From positions 1 through 39,683 of the IMG/VR virus record IMGVR_UViG_3300029156_000008: a stretch of DNA of 39,683 nucleotides; one strand, given 5' to 3'. A model generated the notes under the pieces. The model saw nothing but the letters and a program-made list of their open reading frames with translations. It had not been told where the DNA came from and did no database searches. Made by a program: the position numbers and the translations under genes. Shown in pieces: positions 1 to 6,322 of the stretch. Every line of letters starts with the position of its first letter. Position 1 is the first letter of the stretch. This DNA is from a virus. Taxonomy: Duplodnaviria; Caudoviricetes.

Positions 1-208
1 TGGCAAGTGGATACGGCGTTCCCTCTTCGGTCTTGCGGAAGCCGTCCTGGAATACACCTTCCTGTTGCGCTGCTTCGAGGGGATTCACATCCCCCAACCT
101 CTCCACCTTCACTGACCCGATCTCCAGATGGGAGAAGGCATCGACCCACAGGGGGTCTTGTTCGGAGGCGACCAGATCTTTTGCCTCTCCGCCGTTAGGA
201 GCGGTCAG

Positions 209-448
209 TCATTCGTTTGCCTCTAGCTTTCGCACCCTCGCTCTGACTTTCCCGATCCGGCCTCGGAGATCAGCTTGCAACTTCTCAATCCTCTCCTGCC
301 AATCAACGCGGTCACGCTTTATCCAGTCTTCCTGGAGAGAAAGCCGTTCGCTCAATCTGTCGCGGTCAATCACCACCATGGTCAAGATAAAGCAACAGGC
401 TGCGCACACTGAGCAGCAGACCACCGCCGCAATCGCCGCCCACGTCAC
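209..448 (-). CDS. Small membrane-anchored coiled-coil hypothetical protein
   Basis: Hydrophobic N-terminus then charged helix; 4-nt overlap with upstream gene. Confidence 0.65.
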   Translation of the reverse strand: MTWAAIAAVVCCSVCAACCFILTMVVIDRDRLSERLSLQEDWIKRDRVDWQERIEKLQADLRGRIGKVRARVRKLEANE

Positions 449-669
449 TCCTCCACCTCCACCACACGTACAGGGACGACGGTGTAGCCATCAAGGTCCG
501 CCTGTAGCCGGAAGTCCTCGAAGCTCGCTTCGTCGTACCTGCCAGCGAGGCGTTCCTGAGCGTTGCGCCACGCGCCCCAAGACGGGTCAGTTCCGATCGT
601 GCAGGGATCGAAGGTCCAGAGGTCCCACCTCCCATCCGGCCCCTTGAGGCAGTACCCGTCAGGCTTCAT
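445..669 (-). CDS. Hypothetical phage protein
   Basis: Part of an ATGA/GTGA-coupled leftward gene chain. Confidence 0.7.
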   Translation of the reverse strand: MKPDGYCLKGPDGRWDLWTFDPCTIGTDPSWGAWRNAQERLAGRYDEASFEDFRLQADLDGYTVVPVRVVEVEE

Positions 670-902
670 CGGCTGTATCCGTACTGCTTCATGGTTTCGA
701 GCGCTGCTTCTGTTCGCCTGAGGTGGTCTCGCTTGTCGTATTCACGTCGGCAGTCTGCGCACCAGATGATGAGTCCATGCTCACTCATCTCCTCCCAGTT
801 GTAGGGGCGTGCAGAGACGCAGGGAATCAGGTGTGCTCGTCCGTCGCCTTGAGGTTGCTCCGGGCAACATGCAAGGAGGATGAATAGGCATAGGTGCTTC
901 AT
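666..902 (-). CDS. Hypothetical protein with hydrophobic N-terminus and CxxC
   Basis: MKHLCLFILLACC start; coupled overlaps on both sides. Confidence 0.65.
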   Translation of the reverse strand: MKHLCLFILLACCPEQPQGDGRAHLIPCVSARPYNWEEMSEHGLIIWCADCRREYDKRDHLRRTEAALETMKQYGYSR

Positions 903-1255
903 TCTGTTTCCTCCATGGCTGCCCTGATCGAGCGGCGTTCGAGAAGCGACTCCTTGGCTTTCGAGAACCTTGCGATGTCCGCCATGCTCGAAGGATCCCA
1001 GTAAGCAGCCGTCTCCATCAGCGTTGCCAGATCCCGCACATCCCGACGGGCTTGGGTGAGCAAGCCTTCTCGATGTCGAACCGTGGACTCGCTCAGATCC
1101 AACAGCGCAGCTTTGGTCTCAAAGTTTCGCACCAGCCGTGCGTTCTCGGCTTCCAGTTCCTTCCTGGCGTACTCCCAATCGTCTAGCGCGGAGTTTGGTC
1201 CGCTTCTTCGTTGGCCGCATTCAGAGCAGGTCTTCGGATAGTTCTTGTCCATCAC
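899..1255 (-). CDS. Hypothetical coiled-coil protein with CxxC
   Basis: CSECG then heptad-like helix; coupled overlaps. Confidence 0.7.
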   Translation of the reverse strand: MMDKNYPKTCSECGQRRSGPNSALDDWEYARKELEAENARLVRNFETKAALLDLSESTVRHREGLLTQARRDVRDLATLMETAAYWDPSSMADIARFSKAKESLLERRSIRAAMEETE

Positions 1256-1788
1256 TCCTCCAGGTCTCGCAGGGCGGCTTCGAGGTCCTCTGCCTGTTTC
1301 TCGATCATCCGCTGGGTCATCGCGTGCGCATTGTTGTCAAGGTCCATCCGCTTGAGCATCCACTCCGCATATCCTCGAAGGTGCTTCGGTTTGGGCACCG
1401 CCTCCACCACCCGTACGAGCTTCGTCTCGTAGGCCACCCGCATCTCTTCCTCTTCCTTGAAGGCCGCGTTGCACTTCTCCAGATGGGCGATGCGGGCGCG
1501 AAGGCTTTCAGTTGGTCTGTGCGTTGAGCGCGAGCAAAGGAAGGCGTGGAGCTCTGGCCATTGAACATTCAGCCGCCTTCCGGGCGCGTAGCCCCATGCC
1601 TCGTCCATTTGGTCGGCAAGGTCTTGGTAGTTCTCGGCCCCGAGCTTCTCCCGCTCATCCAGGAGGTCGAGGTAGGCGCGGCAGAGGGACGCGATCACTT
1701 GGGGATCCGGGAGAAGAAGCCTCTCCTCGGCGTCTCGCTTGATCTCCCAGGCATGCTCCCGCGTGATCTTCGGTGTTAGGTCAGTCAT
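1252..1788 (-). CDS. Hypothetical coiled-coil phage protein
   Basis: Start re-called at ATG 1788 (MTDLTPKITR), which overlaps the stop of 1781..2071. Confidence 0.65.
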   Translation of the reverse strand: MTDLTPKITREHAWEIKRDAEERLLLPDPQVIASLCRAYLDLLDEREKLGAENYQDLADQMDEAWGYAPGRRLNVQWPELHAFLCSRSTHRPTESLRARIAHLEKCNAAFKEEEEMRVAYETKLVRVVEAVPKPKHLRGYAEWMLKRMDLDNNAHAMTQRMIEKQAEDLEAALRDLEE

Positions 1789-2071
1789 GGCCCCAGACAT
1801 TTCCATTCTCGTCAACGTGGTAGCCGAGCGTCGTGATGCCCAGCTCAAGGGCGTTGGCTCTTGCGTGGTAGCCCTCGCACATCAAAAGCGTTTCGTGATG
1901 CTCCTCCTCTAGGTCGCTGCGCTCCTCCCTCAGCCTCCGCACCTCTGCGATGAGGCGGAGATTGATGCGAGCAGCAGCCCCCCATGCAGACTCGCTGGTC
2001 TCCAGCGTCTTCGACGATCTCTCCCATCGCTCCAGCTCTTCGTCTGTCGGGGGTGTTAGGTCAGCTTCCAT
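1781..2071 (-). CDS. Hypothetical phage protein (LIAEVRRLR coiled-coil type)
   Basis: TDEELERW...LRLIAEVRRLREE pattern common in small phage accessory proteins. Confidence 0.7.
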   Translation of the reverse strand: MEADLTPPTDEELERWERSSKTLETSESAWGAAARINLRLIAEVRRLREERSDLEEEHHETLLMCEGYHARANALELGITTLGYHVDENGNVWGHD

Positions 2072-2567
2072 GCAACATCCTCATTCCGTGAGAGGCGACG
2101 AGCAACGCATCCGCCTTCCCGTCCTCTGACTTCTTGATCTCGATATCGGGGAACAGGGCTTGAGCCTTCTCGACGTGTGCGTGCTTCTTCATCCGAGCTC
2201 GCTTCGCATCTCGAGCCCGCTTCGCCTTCTCTGTCGCAGGCTTCGAATCCTTGAGAAACGATGTGCGTGTGGGCAGGGCGAAGGTCTTCTGCCAGGCGGT
2301 TGACTCGATTTCTTCAACAGGCACGTCCATCATCATCAACGCTCCGAGGAGGATGCCATAGTTCGTCATCGACGTTGTCGTGGTCTTCGCCGCCCATCCC
2401 TTCACGGCCTTCTGCTTCTCGATGAAGACGTGATCTATTTGGGGGCGAAGCCTCTTCAGCAGATCACACACACCGCGTCGGGTGTCGGGCATGGCGTACA
2501 CCATCGCGTTGTCCTTGGATACGAGAGCGAGGGCTCCCTGGCGGCCAGGATCCACACCAAGTATCAC
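2061..2567 (-). CDS. ruvC: RuvC-like Holliday junction resolvase
   Basis: ILGVDPG, VFIEKQ, NYG, WQK and DGKADALL motifs give the RuvC acidic catalytic residues. Confidence 0.85.
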   Translation of the reverse strand: MILGVDPGRQGALALVSKDNAMVYAMPDTRRGVCDLLKRLRPQIDHVFIEKQKAVKGWAAKTTTTSMTNYGILLGALMMMDVPVEEIESTAWQKTFALPTRTSFLKDSKPATEKAKRARDAKRARMKKHAHVEKAQALFPDIEIKKSEDGKADALLVASHGMRMLHGS

Positions 2568-2821
2568 TCCCCCATCTCCCTGTTGATCACGTAGCGTTCC
2601 TCAAGGTATGCGATGACTCTTCGGGCCTCGTACTTGGAGAGGTTCTCGAAGTAGCGCTTGCAGCCTTCCATCGAGACGAACTCCTGGTTCTTCTTCCTGC
2701 GCTCCTGCGCTGACTCGCGTGTGCAGTCCTTGCAGTAGGAGGTGCGCCCATCCCTCGCCTTGACGCTGACGTGGAACTGGTCTTCCTCCTTGTCCATTCG
2801 GCATCTCGAACACCGTTTCAT
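2564..2821 (-). CDS. Zinc-finger protein (CxxC...CxxC)
   Basis: KRCSRC..K...F......DG..SYCKDC, the Zn module usually found N-terminal of phage HNH/EndoVII nucleases; no nuclease domain follows. Confidence 0.75.
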   Translation of the reverse strand: MKRCSRCRMDKEEDQFHVSVKARDGRTSYCKDCTRESAQERRKKNQEFVSMEGCKRYFENLSKYEARRVIAYLEERYVINREMGE

Positions 2822-2943
2822 GCGTATGCCTTCCTTGCCAGCTCCAATAGATCGAGAGCGATCCGGACGAGCTGGGCTTTGGTTGTCTTCGGGTTCTCGA
2901 TCTCGATAGCGAGCTGGTCCATCTGCTTCGCTGTGCTGATCAC
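2818..2943 (-). CDS. 41-aa hypothetical protein (not in ORF track)
   Basis: GTG start, MISTAKQMDQLAIEIENPKTTKAQLVRIALDLLELARKAYA; fills the gap exactly with 4-nt overlaps on both sides. Confidence 0.65.
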   Translation of the reverse strand: MISTAKQMDQLAIEIENPKTTKAQLVRIALDLLELARKAYA

Positions 2944-3224
2944 TCCACCACCTCAGCTTCCACTGTCTCCTCCGTGGGGATGGGGAGCGTGGCTTCGATG
3001 AAGTGCGTGTGCCATTGCACAGATTCTCCAGGGCCGCAGTCGATAGCCGTGCCCGATGAAATTTCGTCGGTTGAGTCCGAGTATCCAGCAGCAGCCCAAT
3101 TGCCCTCTCTGTCCATCGCTACGGCCACTCGTACACGGACTGTCTTCGGTTGGGGGGTGTAGGCTTCCCTGACAACCTCAACGACTGCGTTCAGCTCTTC
3201 TTCAGTCTTTCGTTCGTTTGTCAT
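2940..3224 (-). CDS. Hypothetical phage protein
   Basis: Coupled overlaps; globular-looking sequence. Confidence 0.7.
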   Translation of the reverse strand: MTNERKTEEELNAVVEVVREAYTPQPKTVRVRVAVAMDREGNWAAAGYSDSTDEISSGTAIDCGPGESVQWHTHFIEATLPIPTEETVEAEVVE

Positions 3225-3382
3225 TGGTTCTCGTAGTGGCGGATGAGCTCGATCAACGCTCCAGCCATCGCATCACGCTCATCCTGTGAGGCGCGGGCGT
3301 AGGACTGGGCTACGTGGTCGAGGTGGACGAACGTGTCCGGCTGAGGGGGGAGGAACAGGACAAGGGCGAGCAGGTGTCTCAT
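3221..3382 (-). CDS. 53-aa protein with hydrophobic N-terminus (not in ORF track)
   Basis: MRHLLALVLFLPPQPDTFVHLDH...YENQ; ATGA overlaps at both ends. Confidence 0.65.
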   Translation of the reverse strand: MRHLLALVLFLPPQPDTFVHLDHVAQSYARASQDERDAMAGALIELIRHYENQ

Positions 3383-3651
3383 TGGGGTTTCGGTTCATGG
3401 TTTCGCTGAGCAACGGCTTTGCATTCGCTCTCGATGCGCTTGCGCCAGTCCGAATACTTCTCGAGGGGAGGAGAGCCTTTGGGGATTGAGGGGCCGTCCC
3501 AGGCAACCTCGATCGCGTCCTCTAGGGCTTTTTCTAGTTCACTGACTCTGCGGCAGAGGGCGAGCATGTATCCGTCCTCGTCCTTGGGCCAAGGCGTCTC
3601 GCCCGAGATCATCCCCTCTGCCCATGTTCGTGTGATCTTCGGTTCGTTCAT
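3379..3651 (-). CDS. Hypothetical phage protein, probable first gene of a leftward operon
   Basis: Preceded by the shared promoter motif; PKITR...LCR similarity to 1252..1788. Confidence 0.7.
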   Translation of the reverse strand: MNEPKITRTWAEGMISGETPWPKDEDGYMLALCRRVSELEKALEDAIEVAWDGPSIPKGSPPLEKYSDWRKRIESECKAVAQRNHEPKPQ

Positions 3652-3697
3652 CCCTCCGAAGCTACCGACCTATCAGAATCCGTGTTGTGGATTCCGG
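3652..3697 (-). promoter_or_regulatory. Leftward promoter/operator, copy 1
   Basis: Plus strand ATCCGTGTTGTGGATTCC at 3678-3695, identical to 6262-6279. CACGGAT starts 33 nt upstream of the ATG; TAGCTT at -13..-8. Confidence 0.65.
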
Positions 3698-3700
3698 GGA

Positions 3701-4174
3701 TTACTGGTCGCTGTAGACCTTCGCTGTTCGCCGTTCCTGCTCGCGCTCTATCTTCTCGAGAATCGCTCCCCTGCGCCTGAGCTCCGCCTCAGCCTCCCGG
3801 AGCCTGACCTGGAGATCCCTGATGTCGGGAATCAGGAGGGTCTCCATCGCCTTCAGGCGTTCGTTCTGGGTCGCATTGAGCGCCGAGACAATTCGGTCGT
3901 GCTCCGCGATCCAGGAGGCGTGTCCCCCGCTCTTGTTCTGGAGGCGTTCGATGTTCTCCCTGAAAGGCTGGGAGCCGAGGGAGACGACCGAGAGGATCAG
4001 GCCAGCGAACATGCCGAGGGTCTTCCAGTCGGTGGACCCGAGCTGGTCCATCTTTCGCTCCAGCCCACGCAGAGCGTCCGTGACGGACTGGAAGGACCGA
4101 TCGACGTTCTTCTCGAAGACTTCGAACTCGTCCCGAGAGATGTAGCTCCGGTCCCTGCGGGGCTGATCTGTCAT
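3701..4174 (-). CDS. Single-pass membrane coiled-coil protein (possibly lysis-related)
   Basis: Coiled coil, hydrophobic WKTLGMFAGLILSVVSLG, coiled coil. Start re-called at 4174 with CATACT at -13..-8. Confidence 0.65.
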   Translation of the reverse strand: MTDQPRRDRSYISRDEFEVFEKNVDRSFQSVTDALRGLERKMDQLGSTDWKTLGMFAGLILSVVSLGSQPFRENIERLQNKSGGHASWIAEHDRIVSALNATQNERLKAMETLLIPDIRDLQVRLREAEAELRRRGAILEKIEREQERRTAKVYSDQ

Positions 4175-4233
4175 AGATACCAGTATGGGAAAGATCTTCC
4201 CGGTCCAGTAGCCTCGCCCGTGGGAGAGAAACC

Positions 4234-4503
4234 ATGACACCTCAAGAGCGTCTTGCCTGGGCTTGCCTCACAGACATCAATAACCAGCGCCTCATCGGGC
4301 ATTCGGAGGCCTTTGCCAGGGCGGTCAAGTGCCTCGAGGCTTACGAGGAAGAGGAGGTGTCTAACGCTGAGAACGTGATCTATGTGGCGGGGAAGTCCGC
4401 CACGAAGACCGCTGCCCAGGCAGCCTGCCAGGCAGCCAAGACCGGGCTCCCTGCGGTGGACCTAGCCCTCGACATCGCCATCACAGCCATCATCGCCCTC
4501 TGA
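4234..4503 (+). CDS. Hypothetical protein
   Basis: Helical, Ala-rich ORF with purine-rich upstream; 3' end overlaps the convergent gene. Confidence 0.5.
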   Translation: MTPQERLAWACLTDINNQRLIGHSEAFARAVKCLEAYEEEEVSNAENVIYVAGKSATKTAAQAACQAAKTGLPAVDLALDIAITAIIAL

Positions 4504-4740
4504 GGCGCTCTGTGCTGCGCTCTCCGGGGACTTCGGCTTCTTTGTGGCCTCAGGCTCGATCAGACGCTTGATCGCCCCGTAGAGCCCCCCAGCCATCGCC
4601 TTGAGCGTGACCATGTTGTCGATGGGGATCTCCACGGTGTCCGTCGTCCCGCAGGAGCATTGGCGCTTGCGGAAGCACACTCCCGGCAAGCTGTCTGACT
4701 CCCCGTAGAGGGACAGCTCCTTGCAGGTAGGGCAGATCAT
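4462..4740 (-). CDS. NrdR-N-like zinc-ribbon protein
   Basis: MICPTC...DS...FRKRQCSCGTTDTVE matches the NrdR N-terminal Zn ribbon pattern; no ATP cone. Confidence 0.65.
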   Translation of the reverse strand: MICPTCKELSLYGESDSLPGVCFRKRQCSCGTTDTVEIPIDNMVTLKAMAGGLYGAIKRLIEPEATKKPKSPESAAQSASEGDDGCDGDVEG

Positions 4741-4755
4741 CTAGGATGGGTCTCC

Positions 4756-4863
4756 ATGAAGGTCAGACATCAGACACGCCCGAAGCACAACAAGCCCCGG
4801 CTCAGAGCATCGACCAAGATCAAGAAGCTGGTGAAGCTCCCGAGGCCGAAGGTGGGGAAGTGA
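4756..4863 (+). CDS. 35-aa very basic peptide (not in ORF track)
   Basis: MKVRHQTRPKHNKPRLRASTKIKKLVKLPRPKVGK; TAGGAT at 4742-4747 upstream; ends where the periodic tract begins. Confidence 0.4.
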   Translation: MKVRHQTRPKHNKPRLRASTKIKKLVKLPRPKVGK

Positions 4864-5065
4864 TGGGACGCTGGGAAATGTGCAGATCGGGTGAGGCACG
4901 TCATGCGCCGATGTGACTTGAGCCGTGCCGAGATGGGTTGGCTTGTGTCGAGGCGATGCGGTACGACGTGGGTTGGCTTGATGAGGGGCGGTCTGGAACG
5001 AGATGAGTGGATCGGTTCCGATCTGACTTAGGCAGGTGTGATGTGCTGTGAGTCGAGAAGGCCAG
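4855..5065 (-). repeat. Degenerate 5-nt-period array 2 (candidate guide-like ncRNA)
   Basis: Plus-strand G at 4855, 4860 ... 5065 in 42 of 43 units, with the only miss at 5030; other positions variable. Strand assigned from the adjacent genes. Confidence 0.9.
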
Positions 5066-5498
5066 GACGCTTGTCCTGGTGTGGCTGAAGCAGCGCCTTG
5101 CGCTCCTTCTTGATTGCTAGAATCTGACGGGCTTGCGCCATGCTCAGGTCCGAATGCTCTTGCTTGCGGCCTTCCGAGAGCTGCTTCGTGTCCACGGACA
5201 TCATCCGCCGATGGGCTCGGAGCAAACGTCGGATGCCGCGCTCGAAGGACGCATCGTTGTAGATCGAAGCCTCCTCATCGGTGAGGACGTGGATGGCCCC
5301 TTGGCGGACGCACACCGTCACAGCCTCTCCTCGCGCAGCTAGCTCGACTTCGATCTGCTGCGCGAGGGCCAGGGCCTTCAGTGCGAAGTTCTTGTCGAGT
5401 ACGTCCATCTCGATCGCTTCGGAGACATCCCCCGGAGGGATGATGGACCCCTTCTTCAGCGAATCGAAGTCAAGCGGATACGGGCTGGAGTGGGGCAT
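5028..5498 (-). CDS. 156-aa accessory protein located between the two pentamer arrays
   Basis: Clean ORF with alpha/beta N-half and basic helical C-half; ATG immediately follows array 1. Confidence 0.8.
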   Translation of the reverse strand: MPHSSPYPLDFDSLKKGSIIPPGDVSEAIEMDVLDKNFALKALALAQQIEVELAARGEAVTVCVRQGAIHVLTDEEASIYNDASFERGIRRLLRAHRRMMSVDTKQLSEGRKQEHSDLSMAQARQILAIKKERKALLQPHQDKRPGLLDSQHITPA

Positions 5499-5640
5499 GA
5501 AGTGATGAGTGGAGTAGAGCGGAGACGAAGAGTGCGAATCCGTGATGTTCGGATACGGGTGGGTGGGGGATGGTGTGTGTTGCTAGGGGTCGTGTAGCGT
5601 GGATGCGAACTGTGTAGGCGTGTGTTGCTTCGAGGCGAAT
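5499..5640 (-). repeat. Degenerate 5-nt-period array 1 (candidate guide-like ncRNA)
   Basis: Plus-strand G at 5502, 5507 ... 5637 in 27 of 28 units (miss at 5537); fills the intergenic gap downstream of the RAMP-like gene. Confidence 0.9.
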
Positions 5641-5650
5641 GACAACCTAC

Positions 5651-6235
5651 TCACTTCACGGCGAAAGACTCGACCATGAAGCGACCGTGACGCGGGCGTA
5701 GCGTCCCTAGCCCGCAGTTCTCCCCAGCGTACTCAAGCATCTGCTGGAGAATGTCTGGATCGACGGCCTCCGACTGGAACTTCAGCTCGAAGCTCAGGGA
5801 CCAGTTTGGGAACATCGGCATACAACGAAGGATCTTCGACCCCCGAAGCCCCATCATCCCACTCCACCGGAAACGAGGATCCGCCTGAAGCTCCTTCAGG
5901 TCATCCGGGCCGTCATGCTTGATGACGTGCAGTCCGTCGATAAAGACAGACGCCTTGAAGGTCTTCCCTAGGCGGCGGGACTTCGCGGCATCAACAAGGC
6001 AGGCCTCGATGTTGAGCCCGGGGATGCAGGGCTTCATGTCTTCCGTCAGGTAGAGGCCGCCCTGCCACTCAAGCTCCGCTAGGTCCATCAGGTCTTGATC
6101 GACCTTCTTGCGTCGGGATGTGATCTTCTTGATCTCCTTCACGAGCGGGTCCAGGGGGTTGCTGCATCGGATGTTGTGGGAGACCAGGGGTGAGACGCCC
6201 GTGATCTTCGCTCTGGCTGTTTTGTAGGTGGTCAT
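5651..6235 (-). CDS. Stand-alone RAMP/Cas7-like RNA-binding protein (Vipr-like), 194 aa
   Basis: N-terminal strand KITGVSPLVSH, PCIPGLNIEACLVDAA (RAMP IPGxxxK-type motif), MPMFPNWSLSFEL, and C-terminal Gly-rich loop GLGTLRPRHGRF. Start re-called at ATG 6235. Confidence 0.8.
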   Translation of the reverse strand: MTTYKTARAKITGVSPLVSHNIRCSNPLDPLVKEIKKITSRRKKVDQDLMDLAELEWQGGLYLTEDMKPCIPGLNIEACLVDAAKSRRLGKTFKASVFIDGLHVIKHDGPDDLKELQADPRFRWSGMMGLRGSKILRCMPMFPNWSLSFELKFQSEAVDPDILQQMLEYAGENCGLGTLRPRHGRFMVESFAVK

Positions 6236-6322
6236 CCACCCGTTGATATCAGCCGCCTGAGATCCGTGTTGTGGATTCCCGGAAATCTTGATCGCTGCCA
6301 TCTACAGCTACAAGCTGTAGGG
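6236..6322. promoter_or_regulatory. Divergent promoter region between RAMP-like gene and terL
   Basis: Contains copy 2 of ATCCGTGTTGTGGATTCC (6262-6279), TATCAA at -13..-8 of the RAMP ATG, and hairpin CTACAGC-TACAA-GCTGTAG (6302-6320) before the terL ATG. Confidence 0.6.

Noticed and set aside
3419-4237. 272-aa plus-strand ORF
   Set aside because: Antisense shadow of coupled minus-strand genes; typical of high-GC DNA.
4855-5640. Classical CRISPR array next to the Cas7-like gene
   Set aside because: No identical 25-40 nt repeats with unique spacers; only a 5-nt register is conserved.
4855-5640. Simple G/T-rich low-complexity sequence or microsatellite
   Set aside because: Units are nearly all different while one phase is almost invariant; G-richness alone cannot give 35 consecutive in-phase hits.
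6236-6322. Longer ORF-track starts for the RAMP gene (6301) and terL (6266)
   Set aside because: They would overlap head-to-head and cover the shared promoter motif; ATG 6235 and ATG 6323 fit better.
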